A stretch of DNA of 64,000 bases from an uncultured Prevotella sp. (GTDB lineage: Bacteria > Bacteroidota > Bacteroidia > Bacteroidales > Bacteroidaceae): the NCBI GenBank assembly GCA_947177775.1, contig CAMWVS010000007.1, positions 4,558-68,557 on the forward strand. Direction: 5' to 3'. Position 1 is the first letter of the stretch. Each line of letters starts with the position of its first letter. Below, piece after piece: positions 30,666 to 42,300 of this stretch. Below the pieces are notes generated by a model. It ran no database searches. It saw only the letters and a program-made list of their open reading frames with translations, and was not told where the DNA came from. The translations under genes were made by a program, and so were the position numbers.

Positions 30666-30765
30666 CTGCTGTTTGCAAATCGGCTGCAAAGGTAGTATAA
30701 ATGTTCAGAACGACAAAAGAAAAGCTTATAAATGTATTTTTTCCTTTATGACGGAGAATGGCATG

Positions 30766-31350
30766 TCATCTCTCCAATATATGCGCCGCCAATCCGTCGG
30801 CGGCCTGAATGATGGCGGTGAGCGGATGGTCGCTTGCTTCCGATATGTTGCACTTGTCCTCGTAGCTCTGGAATGGCAGATTCCATGCTCCCATGTGCCA
30901 GCGGATGGCAATAATCTCGTCGTTTGTCAGTTCGAGTCCGAGGCGCAGGAGCATGATGACCGACTTCTCGCCGTGACCAAGTGGAAAACGGGAGTAGTCC
31001 GTCTCATACGTGTCATACTGTTCCCAGCGGTTCTGTTCGTCCTTGCGCCATTTCTTCGCGGTTTTGTAGATGTTGGCCTTGCACACATCGTGCAGCAACG
31101 CGGCTATGGTGACGCTGTCTTCGGATAGCTGTTCGGCCAGTTCCGGTTTCATCTCTATCATCTGGCCACGCAACATCATGCCCATGCGGTGGACGTTGAG
31201 CGAATGTTCCACCAGTCCGCCCTCGTAGCTCAGGTGGTGGTTTACGGAGGCAGGAGCATCGAAGAAGCCCACCTTCTCGAGATATGCAATGACGCTGTCG
31301 ACGCCTTGACGGCCGGTGGAGCGGAGCATGGAAATGAATTTGTCTTTCAT
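30766..31350 (-). CDS. HD-domain phosphohydrolase
   Basis: HH..EGGLVEHS, LLHDVCK, HGEKS, RWHMG, QAAD. Confidence 0.88.
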   Translation of the reverse strand: MKDKFISMLRSTGRQGVDSVIAYLEKVGFFDAPASVNHHLSYEGGLVEHSLNVHRMGMMLRGQMIEMKPELAEQLSEDSVTIAALLHDVCKANIYKTAKKWRKDEQNRWEQYDTYETDYSRFPLGHGEKSVIMLLRLGLELTNDEIIAIRWHMGAWNLPFQSYEDKCNISEASDHPLTAIIQAADGLAAHILER

Positions 31351-31410
31351 AAGAAGTGAAAGATTGAAAGTTTATTATGGTTAAAGTTGGAAATTGAAAG
31401 GTTTTGTCGC

Positions 31411-31487
31411 GAACACACAAAGGCAACATAGGGAACATGCAAAGACTGCATAGGGAACATGCAAAGACGGTGCTGAACTCACGCAAA
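31411..31487. repeat. 22-bp-period direct repeat
   Basis: CATAGGGAACATGCAAAGAC at 31427 and 31449; CAAA recurs at 31418, 31440, 31462, 31484. Confidence 0.75.
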
Positions 31488-31565
31488 CCGCAGGGTCACA
31501 TTCTTGCATTTGTCCGTTTCATATTCATAATTCGGCGGACAAATACAAGAATATGTTCCTACGGT
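31487..31565. repeat. REP-like inverted pair
   Basis: 30-nt arms 31487-31516 and 31536-31565, 25/30 complementary, right arm reads CCGTAGG.. on the minus strand. Confidence 0.7.
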
Positions 31566-31616
31566 GTGTGTGGTGTATAATCCGTGGCTGATACAGCCCC
31601 GCATTATGTCTTGTTC

Positions 31617-33266
31617 CTACTTAGCGCACGGAGTCCACGGCTTCAGCTGCTTGAAGAAGTCGTTTCCTTTGTCGTCGACGAGGATGAATGCTGGGAAGTC
31701 CTCAACTGTAATCTTCCATATTGCCTCCATGCCAAGCTCGGGATATTCCACGCACTCGATGCTCTTGATGCTGCTCTGCGAGAGCACTGCGGCAACGCCG
31801 CCGATAGTGCCGAGGTAGAATCCGCCGTGCTTCTTGCATGCCTCCGTAACGACATCGCTGCGGTTGCCCTTGGCAATCATCACGAGGCTGGCGCCATGAT
31901 CCTGGAACTCATCGACATAGGGGTCCATGCGGTTGGCCGTTGTCGGACCCATCGAGCCGCAGGGATAGCCTTCGGGAGTCTTTGCCGGACCGGCGTAGAG
32001 CACAGGATAGTCCTTGAAGTACTGCGGCATGTCCTCACCGGCGTCCAGACGAGCCTTCAGCTTTGCGTGGGCGATGTCGCGTGCCACGATGATGGTTCCC
32101 TTCAGGTTGACGCGGGTGCTGACGGGATATTTCGTCAGTTCGGCGCGCACGGCGTCCATGCCCTTGTCAAGGTCGATGACTATGCCAGTGGTTCCCTCGC
32201 CCGGATTGCGCAGTTCTTCGGGGATGAGTTCCGTGGGATTGCTGTCCATCTTCTCCAGCCATATACCGTCTTTGTTTATCTTGGCCTTGATATTGCGGTC
32301 GGCCGAGCAGCTGACACCCATACCGATGGGGCAGCTTGCGCCGTGGCGCGGCAGACGGATCACGCGGATGTCGTGGGCAAGGGCCTTGCCGCCGAACTGT
32401 GCGCCGAGACCTATCTTCTGTGCCTCCACGAGCAGTTTCTCCTCAAGGTCAATGTCGCGGAAGGCGCGGCCTGTCTCGTCGCCCGTGGTGGGCAGGTTGT
32501 CGTAGTATTTGATTGAGGCGAGCTTGACGGTCAGCAGGTTCTTCTCAGCCGATGTGCCGCCGATGACGAATGCGATGTGATAAGGCGGACAAGCTGCCGT
32601 ACCGAGGCTCTTCATCTTCTCTACGAGGAAAGGCAGCAACGTGCCTTCGTTCTGAATCGTAGCCTTGGTCATGGGATAGAAATATGTCTTGTTGGCCGAG
32701 CCGCCGCCCTTTGCCACCATCACGAAGCGATATTCGGCACCCTCCACGGCCTCGATGTCTATCTGTGCCGGAAGGTTGCAGCGTGTGTTCACCTCGTCAT
32801 ACATGTTGAGCGGAGCATTCTGCGAGTAGCGCAGATTGTCCTGAGTGAACGTGTTGTAGACGCCGAGCGACAGAGCCTCTTCGTCCTCGAATCCCGTCCA
32901 TACCTGCTGGCCCTTTTCTCCGTGTATGATGGCCGTGCCGGTGTCCTGGCAGAAAGGCAGCACTCCTTTGCATGCTGTCTCGGCGTTGCGGAGGAACTGC
33001 AAGGCCACGTATTTGTCGTTTTCCGATGCTTCAGGGTCTGTCAGTATCTTTGCAACCTGCTCGTTGTGTGAGCGGCGCAGCATGAACTCCACGTCGTGGA
33101 ATGCCTGCTGGGCAAGCATCGTGAGAGCCTCTTTGGATACTTTGAGGATTTCGTGTCCTTCGAAATCGCCTACCGACACGCCTTCTTTTGTAAGCAGGCG
33201 ATACTCTGTGTCGTCTTTGCCCATCTGAAACATCGGGGCATACTTGAATTCTGGTGTTGTTGCCAT
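31617..33266 (-). CDS. Class I Fe-S fumarate hydratase
   Basis: [39 protein letters not shown]. Confidence 0.95.
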   Translation of the reverse strand: MATTPEFKYAPMFQMGKDDTEYRLLTKEGVSVGDFEGHEILKVSKEALTMLAQQAFHDVEFMLRRSHNEQVAKILTDPEASENDKYVALQFLRNAETACKGVLPFCQDTGTAIIHGEKGQQVWTGFEDEEALSLGVYNTFTQDNLRYSQNAPLNMYDEVNTRCNLPAQIDIEAVEGAEYRFVMVAKGGGSANKTYFYPMTKATIQNEGTLLPFLVEKMKSLGTAACPPYHIAFVIGGTSAEKNLLTVKLASIKYYDNLPTTGDETGRAFRDIDLEEKLLVEAQKIGLGAQFGGKALAHDIRVIRLPRHGASCPIGMGVSCSADRNIKAKINKDGIWLEKMDSNPTELIPEELRNPGEGTTGIVIDLDKGMDAVRAELTKYPVSTRVNLKGTIIVARDIAHAKLKARLDAGEDMPQYFKDYPVLYAGPAKTPEGYPCGSMGPTTANRMDPYVDEFQDHGASLVMIAKGNRSDVVTEACKKHGGFYLGTIGGVAAVLSQSSIKSIECVEYPELGMEAIWKITVEDFPAFILVDDKGNDFFKQLKPWTPCAK

Positions 33267-33472
33267 AATAAGTTATATCTCTTTAAATAATGTTTGTCCT
33301 GACTGCAAAGTTATGCTTTTTTTCTGACATACGGCTTCTTATCCTATGCAAAATGTCCCGATACGATGCAAAATAGCTGTTTGCGGGAACGTCGGCTATA
33401 CGATTGCCATGTTGCGCCGGCTGTCTACGGACGATGCCATGCCGCTGCTGCTGATTTTCCGCACAGGCCGCC

Positions 33473-34105
33473 TCACCGGACCACCGCCTCTACGGGCAAT
33501 TCCTGTACGCCCCAGTCTATCATGGCGTTGAACAGTCTTATATGCGAGAACGAGCCGAGCATGTCGGGCGTGATGTCTTTCTCCTGCAATATGCCACGGT
33601 CAAGGAGCGACTCACGTCGTGTGCCTCCAAGCAGCGGAAGGCGCGGCGTCTGCCAGACCGTCCCATCGAACAAGGCGATGTTGGCTATTGATGTGTCGGT
33701 GAGAAGTCCGCGTCTCACGATGATTATGTCATCGCTTATGCCCCGCATTCCAAAGAGACGGTCTATAGCCTTGCGGTCAGTACTTTTGCAGGCATAGTCA
33801 ATATCGTCGGAACAGACCAGACGCAGAGAGCGTACGGGCCTAAGGGTATATTCGGAGTATGTTATTTCCGATATTCCGTCCTTGCCGTAGACCACACGAC
33901 ACTTGATATTATCCATATCCGGTGACAGACACAGGTGGTCCGCCAGGCTGTATCGGGGATCTGTCAGGCGATTGTCTGCCGTTGGCCGGCGGCCGTCGGC
34001 GTCACTGAACAAACGACGGAGCGTCTCGTTCATTCTTTTCTCATGATAGCACAGGTTTGTTGCCTGCCCGCCGTCTATACGTATGGTTTCAACAAAATGG
34101 CACAT
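33473..34105 (-). CDS. pabC: 4-amino-4-deoxychorismate lyase (aminotransferase class IV-like)
   Basis: ETIRI, YACKSTDR, LTDTSIANI, TP..PLLGGTRR; overlaps pabB end. Confidence 0.82.
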   Translation of the reverse strand: MCHFVETIRIDGGQATNLCYHEKRMNETLRRLFSDADGRRPTADNRLTDPRYSLADHLCLSPDMDNIKCRVVYGKDGISEITYSEYTLRPVRSLRLVCSDDIDYACKSTDRKAIDRLFGMRGISDDIIIVRRGLLTDTSIANIALFDGTVWQTPRLPLLGGTRRESLLDRGILQEKDITPDMLGSFSHIRLFNAMIDWGVQELPVEAVVR

Positions 34106-35081
34106 AAATCTTCTGTATAAGTTCCCTGTATTCGCTTTCGGCGTCGCTCTTCGACGTTATTCCGCCTCCGGCCTTATAGAAAAGGCGGCCGTCGGCATCC
34201 TGCTCGACAAAACGTATCATCACGGCACTGTCAAGGCTACGCCCGTCGCAGCGTCCCATCACACCGGTATAGAATCCGCGCCGGTATGTCTCTGCCTCGG
34301 ATATGATTCCGCATGTCTTCCGTTTCGGCGCACCGGTAATGGAGCCGGCAGGAAGCTGACTGAAGATAATGTCACCGATGTGTGACGGATAGCCGGCCGG
34401 CAGCATTCCGGTAATTTCGGAACTTGTCTGCAGGATGGCTCCCTTGTTGGTGGCTATCCGTTCGCAGTAGCGGTATCGGGCCACGTTGACCCTGTCGGCC
34501 ACCATACTCAGGTCATTTCTTATCAGATCAACGACGGTTGCATGTTCGGCAGCCTCCTTCACGTCATTCATGAGACGGTTGTGCGCATCAGGCAACGTCG
34601 CGTCGATGGTGCCTTTCATCGGATATGAACTCATACGGCCGTCGCTGCCTATACGTACGAAGGTTTCGGGCGAGAAACAGACAAAACGGTCTTTCATCCA
34701 TAGCCTGTAGGGTGCGTTCGAGATGGTGAATATCTCGCGGGTGGTGAGGTTTGTCTCTACCGCCACACGGCATGTCAGATTGACCAGATAGCTGTTTCCG
34801 GCCATGATATGGTTTCTCACGGTATTGAAAGAGCTGTTATATTCGTCAAACGAAGGCGGATATATTTTCCATGTTATATCACCGGCTCTCCCGCTGTTGC
34901 TGTGGGACACGGCGTTGCCAATGCCCCCGAAATCGAACAGACATTCCCGGCAATCCACATTGCAGGTTTCCTCAACATACGCCTGTTGCTGCTCATAGTC
35001 AATGATGAAAATGAATTCCCGTCCGGCTTCCGACAGGCTGTTCATGCGCCGTATTGCCTCTGTCTTGCTGTATTGATACAT
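34089..35081 (-). CDS. pabB: Aminodeoxychorismate synthase component I
   Basis: FSPETF, YPMKGT, KEAAEHATVVDLIRNDL, PAGSITGAPK, AGGGIT; start uncertain (35081 or 35090). Confidence 0.9.
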   Translation of the reverse strand: MYQYSKTEAIRRMNSLSEAGREFIFIIDYEQQQAYVEETCNVDCRECLFDFGGIGNAVSHSNSGRAGDITWKIYPPSFDEYNSSFNTVRNHIMAGNSYLVNLTCRVAVETNLTTREIFTISNAPYRLWMKDRFVCFSPETFVRIGSDGRMSSYPMKGTIDATLPDAHNRLMNDVKEAAEHATVVDLIRNDLSMVADRVNVARYRYCERIATNKGAILQTSSEITGMLPAGYPSHIGDIIFSQLPAGSITGAPKRKTCGIISEAETYRRGFYTGVMGRCDGRSLDSAVMIRFVEQDADGRLFYKAGGGITSKSDAESEYRELIQKIYVPFC

Positions 35082-35237
35082 GAATGTCATTTTGAAAATG
35101 ATATGCAAAGATATGCTTTTTTTCTTTTCCTACCATAAACGACAGCCCAAATCAAAGGCACGAAGACAGTCCGGCAACATTTCAGGCAACAGAAGACATC
35201 GTCCGGAACCGGGATTTCATCCCACCGTTATGTAATT

Positions 35238-35619
35238 ATAATATCACGGAATTTAACACTTGAAAAATTTAATTCTAGAGAGCGGAGAATCCGAAACTTT
35301 TACATTTCGCCGACATCACCATCCAAAAATCCGACCGTCGCCGGGCCGGGAGGCCCTTACGGCTCTGCAATAAGGCCACCGTTGTCTCACAACGGGGCTG
35401 CCGCTGCAGTGCAACAAAGGCCCCGTTGCAACCCCGTAAGGCCCTTACGGCAGAAGTTTTGGCCCGTTTTTATTGCACACTTCCGCCAATTCCGTTGCAA
35501 CACTCTGTGCGTCAGGCCATAAAAGATGCACGCGCAAAACTCGCGAATTTCGGACCACGGGATTTTTATTTCAGAATTCTTCAAGGATTTTAGCCCTTTT
35601 GTCATAAAAATTACGAATT
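35238..35619 (-). repeat. Dispersed intergenic element, copy 2 (5 x 22-bp core at 35346-35455)
   Basis: Reverse complement aligns without gaps to 11379-11760. Confidence 0.9.
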
Positions 35620-35941
35620 CCAAACTACAGTTCAGGAGTAGTCGGCCAGTGTCCTGTCAGGACTTACAGGCTCTACGGACATTGTCACAAATCACATCTG
35701 CCGGTTGTCATATACCTCATTATGATTAGCATATAGTGATGAGCGGAATGCGGATACTTCCATGTTTCGCTACCGATGATATACCGGACACATATTTAAT
35801 ATAATGGCTGAACCGCCTCCGGCGACACTCCGACGGCGGAACGACAGCGGAAACATTTCACGATTTTTAAGTATTGTGGCCGAAATATTTTCTTGATAAT
35901 TTTGCAGCCGATTTAGAAAACAACAAAAAAGCAAAGCATTT

Positions 35942-36460
35942 ATGGAAACATTAAAAAACAAAATTCAGTATCTTTTCCTTATCATGGCCGCCGTAACTCT
36001 GTTCTCATGCAGCAGCGACGACGATGAAAACGAAACAAATGTCGACAACATCCAGATTACGCCAACAGGATATGCCTGGGCCGGCATGGAAGGAAGCTAT
36101 GCCGGATGGACATCGGCTTCGTTTGCCTACAGCCCCGACCCTATGGTAGCAGACGGCGAGAAGATTGACATCACTGTCAACGAAGACGGTACGGCCGACA
36201 TCACACTGACGTCATCACAGTGGGGCACAATGACCATTCCATCGGCCGCAGTGAAAGAAGAGAACGGAGCTTTCGCCCTCAGCGGCGAGGGAACGGCTGT
36301 TCTCGGCATGGCAGGAAAAGAACCGAAGGAATATGCCTGCATAATGGCAGGAACATTCGCCGGCGACTCCAAGTCCTGCACGGTTGTGTTCACACTACCC
36401 GCGGTGATGGGCGGCCTCAACATCACGTTTTCAAACGGGAATGCCCCGACAGCTGAATAA
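35942..36460 (+). CDS. Surface lipoprotein (calycin-like beta fold inferred), first gene of hmu operon
   Basis: LFSC followed by SSDDDENE acidic export-type signal; beta-rich; TAATTTTG promoter at 35897-35904; 21 bp from hmuY. Confidence 0.7.
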   Translation: METLKNKIQYLFLIMAAVTLFSCSSDDDENETNVDNIQITPTGYAWAGMEGSYAGWTSASFAYSPDPMVADGEKIDITVNEDGTADITLTSSQWGTMTIPSAAVKEENGAFALSGEGTAVLGMAGKEPKEYACIMAGTFAGDSKSCTVVFTLPAVMGGLNITFSNGNAPTAE

Positions 36461-36481
36461 TCCATCGGGAAAAGACTTAAA

Positions 36482-37132
36482 ATGAAAATAAAAAACAGAC
36501 TTTTGTGCATGCTGTTCATGACGGGAGCGGGCTTTCCGCTCCTGTCATGTGACGGCATCTACGACGATCCTTCCGACGTCGCGCCGGCATCCGGCAACGG
36601 CACGTTCAGCTATATTGACGCCACGAGCTACACCACATGGGTCTACATCGACCTCGCCGCAGGAACACAGACCGCCCTGCCATACGACAACACGGACAAT
36701 GTGCCCGACGGATGGATCTTCGCGCTCCACCGCTACGACTGCCGCACCAACGGCGGAGGTGTCATCGAAACAAACTACACTTCACTCGACAACCTCACCG
36801 ACGACCTCGCCGCAGGACGCTACACTCTGCCTGAAGCCACCGAATACGTCCCCGACGAGGACGACAATATCACCACGGACATGAGCCACATGATGGATGG
36901 CTATCTCGTCACGGCACCAAGCCGAATCAACAAGGTCATGGGCCGATGGCTCAACGTTGACACCAGTTCCATGCCGCCAACGTACACCATGTCCGGCCGC
37001 GTCTATCTGGTGAGCACCGCCAATGGAACTGTGGGAGCAGTGCTGTTCACAGCTTTCTCCAACCCATATAATTATGATACGAAAGGATATGTCTCCTTCG
37101 ACTACGTATATCCCCTAACAACCCAGCAATGA
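36482..37132 (+). CDS. hmuY: HmuY-family heme-binding lipoprotein
   Basis: LLSC lipobox, IDATSYTTWVYIDL, WIFALHRYD.RTNGG, DMSHMM, SSMPPTY. Confidence 0.88.
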   Translation: MKIKNRLLCMLFMTGAGFPLLSCDGIYDDPSDVAPASGNGTFSYIDATSYTTWVYIDLAAGTQTALPYDNTDNVPDGWIFALHRYDCRTNGGGVIETNYTSLDNLTDDLAAGRYTLPEATEYVPDEDDNITTDMSHMMDGYLVTAPSRINKVMGRWLNVDTSSMPPTYTMSGRVYLVSTANGTVGAVLFTAFSNPYNYDTKGYVSFDYVYPLTTQQ

Positions 37133-39285
37133 ACTTCCGCACACTCATCTTCACTCTCTTCCTCACTCTCTCGGCAACCGTCTTCGGAGCTGAACACATC
37201 GTCAAGGGACATATTGTCACCGACCGCAACGAACCTCTGCCCTACGCCTATATCAACGTCGAGGGCCACCCCATAGCCACCCAGGCCGACAAAAGCGGCC
37301 ACTTCACTCTACGGCTGCCGGAAGGAACTTTCCGGCTGACGGCCAAGATGGTCGGCTACAGACAGGAGACACAGACAGTGGTGGCTCCCTCACAGAGCAC
37401 AACGGACGGACAAGTGGTATTCCGGCTTGGCGAAGACCTCATCAACCTCAACACCATCACCGTCACCGGCACACGCACACCGAAGCTGCTGGGGAACACA
37501 CCCGTGGTGACACAAATCATAACGGCAGACGAGATAGAGAAACTCGACGCCACCAACATACAGGACGTGCTCATCAGCGAAATGCCCGGACTGGAATTCT
37601 CATTCTCCATGGACCAGCAGGTGTCGCTATCAATGCAGGGACTCGGGGGCATGGCTATACTGTTCCTCGTTGACGGTGAGCGCCTGGCGGGCGAAACGCT
37701 CGACAACACAGACTTCCTACGGCTCAACACCGACGACATCGAGCGAATCGAGATTATCAAGGGAGCGGCATCGGCACTCTACGGTTCAAACTCTGTCGGA
37801 GCCGTGATAAACATCATAACGAAGCGCGCCACCAACCGCTGGACAGCCAATCTGAACACACATTTCGGCTCACGCCACGGCGAACAGCGCCACGGCGGAC
37901 AACTCGGCATAAACAGCGGACACTGGAACAGCCTTACAAGTGTCCAGACAAACAGCACCGACACTTATTCCCTGACTGGACGCTCCGGCACAGACACAAT
38001 GGCCGTCTACGGAAACCGCCAATGGAACTTCAAGGAAAAACTGACATATTCGTTCACCGACCGAACGTCGCTGACGGCCCGCGCCGGATACTATTTCCAC
38101 GAACGCAACTCGTCGGAACACAAGAAAGACCGCGCCCGCGATTTCTCCGGCGGGCTGCGACTGCAGTCAGCCACGGGCGACGGGGGAAACATTGACGTTT
38201 CCTACACGTTCGACAGATATGACAAAAGCAACTTCTATCCGGCCATCTCTTCCGACTTCATTGAATACAAAAACGTGCAGAACACGCTGCGCGCGCTCTA
38301 CACCATGCCCCTCGGACAGAACGTCACACTCACGGCAGGAGGCGACGCCATGAGCGATTTTCTCATGTCATACCAGTTTGAGGCCGGAACTGACCACTCA
38401 CAGTATTCGGCCGACATATTCACACAGGCCGAGCTGACTCTCGGCAGCCACTGGACCGTTATCGGCGGACTGCGCGCCGACTGGATGTCCAAATCAGGAT
38501 GGAACGTCACTCCGAAACTCGCCGCCATGTACAGTCTCGGCCGGCTCAGGATGCGCGGATCCTATTCCGGCGGCTTCAAGGCTCCCACTCTCAAGGAGAT
38601 GTATATGAACTTCAACATGGCCAACATCTTCACCATCTACGGCAACCGCGACCTGACGGCTGAACGCAGCCACAGTTTCGCCCTTTCGGCCGAATACTCC
38701 CACAGCCGCTACAGCCTGACGGCCACCGGCTACTACAACATCATGGACAACGAAATAACCACCCTGTGGGACCCAACGCGCGAAAACGGACGCGGAGCAA
38801 TGGTCTATCACAATGTCAGCGGACGCAATCTGCTCGGAACGGATGTCTCCGTAGCGGCACGCTATCCCTGCGGAATCGGGGCGAAGGTGGCCTATGCCTA
38901 TTTCCACGAGTTCACCCGCAACGGACAACCGAACACGTCAGACTCACGTCCCCACTCGCTGACTGCCAAGATTGACTACCGGAAAGTTCTGCGCAACTAT
39001 GAATTTGACGTAATGCTCTCCGGCCGCTATCTCTCGTCGGTCCGCTACCACACTTTTGCCGACAGCGACTACAACAGCTATGAGGTGGCCTCATCGCCGG
39101 CATACACGATATGGAAACTGGCTCTATCGCAGCGTTTCTTCAACGCTTTCAGACTCACACTGACAGCCGACAATCTGTTCAACTATCGGCCAAAGACCTA
39201 CGAATACAACTCTCCGGTGACGGAAGGAACCACTTTCAGCGCTACCGTCGCCGTGGACATAGAGAAACTTTTCAACAGGAAATAG
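37129..39285 (+). CDS. hmuR: TonB-dependent heme receptor
   Basis: N-terminal extension, VTGTRTPK plug, IEIIKGAASALYGS, FKAP; lies between hmuY and CobN-like gene. Confidence 0.85.
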   Translation: MNFRTLIFTLFLTLSATVFGAEHIVKGHIVTDRNEPLPYAYINVEGHPIATQADKSGHFTLRLPEGTFRLTAKMVGYRQETQTVVAPSQSTTDGQVVFRLGEDLINLNTITVTGTRTPKLLGNTPVVTQIITADEIEKLDATNIQDVLISEMPGLEFSFSMDQQVSLSMQGLGGMAILFLVDGERLAGETLDNTDFLRLNTDDIERIEIIKGAASALYGSNSVGAVINIITKRATNRWTANLNTHFGSRHGEQRHGGQLGINSGHWNSLTSVQTNSTDTYSLTGRSGTDTMAVYGNRQWNFKEKLTYSFTDRTSLTARAGYYFHERNSSEHKKDRARDFSGGLRLQSATGDGGNIDVSYTFDRYDKSNFYPAISSDFIEYKNVQNTLRALYTMPLGQNVTLTAGGDAMSDFLMSYQFEAGTDHSQYSADIFTQAELTLGSHWTVIGGLRADWMSKSGWNVTPKLAAMYSLGRLRMRGSYSGGFKAPTLKEMYMNFNMANIFTIYGNRDLTAERSHSFALSAEYSHSRYSLTATGYYNIMDNEITTLWDPTRENGRGAMVYHNVSGRNLLGTDVSVAARYPCGIGAKVAYAYFHEFTRNGQPNTSDSRPHSLTAKIDYRKVLRNYEFDVMLSGRYLSSVRYHTFADSDYNSYEVASSPAYTIWKLALSQRFFNAFRLTLTADNLFNYRPKTYEYNSPVTEGTTFSATVAVDIEKLFNRK

Positions 39286-39317
39286 ACATAATGAACATTA
39301 AAAACAAATAATTCTTT

Positions 39318-42300
39318 ATGATTAACATAAGACTCTCCCGACGACGCCTCGCCGTCATTCTGGCCTCCGTCGCCGTCATTGCCTGCGCCATCAGCGTATG
39401 GAACGTGTGGTTTTCCCGCACATACATTGCCTTCGTAAACTTCCAGCCGATAGCCCTGCAGAGCTTCTCGCAGGCAAACGACAATTCGTTCGTACGCCTG
39501 TTTGACGTCGCGACGGACGACATAGGCGACCTCGACAGCTACGACATCGTCTTCGTCAACGGCATGGGCCTCAACATCACAGCCGAACAGCGCGCCCATC
39601 TGCAGCAGCTGGCCGAAGGCGGAACGCCCGTCTATACGACGATGGCCACCAACCCGGACAACAACATTACCAATCTTACGGTCGACGAAACCGTTACCGT
39701 ACAGCAGTATATGATGCACGGAGGGCGCGCCAACTACCGCAATCTGCTGCGATTCCTGCGACGCAACATCGACGGGAAGGCGGCTTTCTGTGACACCCCG
39801 GAGGCTCCGGAGGAGAAGCCTACGGACTTTCTGTACTTTCCCGAGGCCGACGAGGAACGCTGTTTCACGTCTGTTGCCGACTATGAACGCTATATGAAAA
39901 GCGCAGGAATATATGTGGAAGGCGGCCGACGCATCATCGTGACGGGACAGATTGCCGACCCTTCTGACCTCATCAAGGCACTCGTGGCCACAAAACGATA
40001 TAACGTCTATCCGGTCACGTCGCTCGCCCGTCTCACCGACTATGTGGCGGAAATACGCCCGGAAGCGGTGGTCAATCTTGCCCACGGACGGCTTGGCGAC
40101 GACATGGTGGAACTGCTCAAAGCCAACAACACGCTACTCTTTGACCCGTTGACCATCAACGGTGAGGCAGCCGAATGGGAAGACGACGCCATGGGAATGA
40201 TGGGCGGATTTCTTTCACAGAGCGTAGTGACACCGGAAATCGACGGAGCCATACGCACTCAGGTGCTCTTTGCCCAGAAACGGGACGACAACGGGCTACT
40301 GAAATCATACGCAATTCCTGAACGTCTCGAAAGTTTCATCGCTACGGTTGACCGATATATGGCCCTTCGCACGAAGCAGAATGCCGACAAGCGTGTGGCC
40401 ATCGCCTACTTCAAGGGGCCGGGCCAGGCAAAACTCGTGGCCAGCGGACTTGATGTAGTGCCCTCACTCTACGGCTTTCTCTGCAACATGAAGGCGCAGG
40501 GATACCGGCTCGACGGACTGCCTACCAATCTGTCTGAATTTGAAAAGCAGATAGACGAGCGCGGCTCGATATTCAATTCGTTTGCAGCAGGCAGCGCCGC
40601 AAATTTCCTCCGCAACGGGAATCCGCAGCTGGTGGACCGTGACGAATATGACGGATGGTGCAGAACGTCGTTGCGCGCCGACCGCATAGACGCTGTGAAC
40701 AAGACGTTCGGAGAGTTTCCCGGCGACCACAACATACTCCGTACGGACAACGGACAACTGGCATTTCCGCGTCTGCAATACGGAAATGTGGTCATCCTGC
40801 CACAGCCAATGGCCGGCGAGGGGAAGGACGAATTCCGCATAGTCCACGGAACGGATGAGGTTCCGCCACATAGCTACATAGCACCGTATCTCTGGATACA
40901 GCATGGGTTCCGCGCCGACGCACTTATTCACTTCGGCACTCACGGAAGTCTCGAGTTCACACCGAAGAAGCAGGTGGCGCTGTCGTCGGCCGACTGGCCC
41001 GACCGGCTCGTCGGCGAACTGCCTCACTTCTATCTCTACACCATCGACAACGTGGGCGAAGCCATGACAGCAAAGCGCCGCTCGTATGCCCAGATGGTGT
41101 CTCATCTGACTCCGCCGTATCACGAAAGCAATCTGCGCGACACATATAAGCAACTCGAAAAACTGCTCCGTGAATATTCCGCAAAAACGGAGAACAAGAC
41201 GGCAACGGCCGAAAAAATCAAACAGGCCGTGGCTACGCTGGGAATTGACAAGGACCTCAGACTGTCAACAGACGCCCAAACGACTTACAACGATGACGAC
41301 ATCAACCGAATAGAGACATACGCCGAAGAGCTGATGAACGAAAAGATGTGTGGAACACCATATAGGCTTGGCACTCCATACGCAGCCGGCGACATACGCA
41401 CGTCGGTATTCGCCATGACAACCGACCCTATAGCTTATTGCAAATACAACATCGACCGGCAGACGGGACGCGTACGCAAGGGCGTGGAACCGGGCAACAT
41501 GCTCTTCAACGACACATATATGGCTCCCGCAAAACGACTTGTGGAACAGCTCTATGACGGAAACGGAAACGTGACGGACGAACTGATATGCCGCGTGGCA
41601 GGCATCGACAAGGAACAACTCAGCCGCTGCCGCGAGATAATAGCAAGACGGAATGCGCCAAAAGGCATGCTGGCCATGATGAAAGCGGCAGGAAAAAAAG
41701 ACGCGAAATCAACTGGCCCAGCGAGCATGAAGCCTAAAACAACCGGGCCGATAGCCGAACCGAAAAACGGCATCGTAGCCAAATTCATGCGCCACCAAAT
41801 GCGCAAAATGCTCGCAAAGAAAGATCCGGAAATGATGATCAAGGTGGCACAGAAGATGGGAGCAAGCCCCAAAGCAATCAAGAAGATGCGTGAAGCTATG
41901 GGAAAGACAAAGCCCGCAGTCGAGAAACAGGAAGCTGCTGAAAATGAGAACACAGACCTTGCACTGGCTGTCGACGACATTGAACGCGCACTGCTGAACG
42001 TGACGGCCTACCGCCGCATGCTCCAGGAAAGTCCGCAGACGGAAATTGACGCGCTGATGAACGCTCTCAACGGCGGATTCACGGCGCCGTCACCAGGCGG
42101 TGATCCGATAGCGAACCCGAACACGCTGCCGACAGGCCGCAACCTCTTTGCCATAAACGCGGAGGAAACTCCTTCGGAAGATGCGTGGGAGAAAGGTATA
42201 ACTCTGGCGAAGAACACTATAGACGACTACGCCAAGGCTCATAACGGTGAGTTTCCGCGCAAAGTGAGCTATACGCTGTGGTCGGGAGAATTTATCCAGA

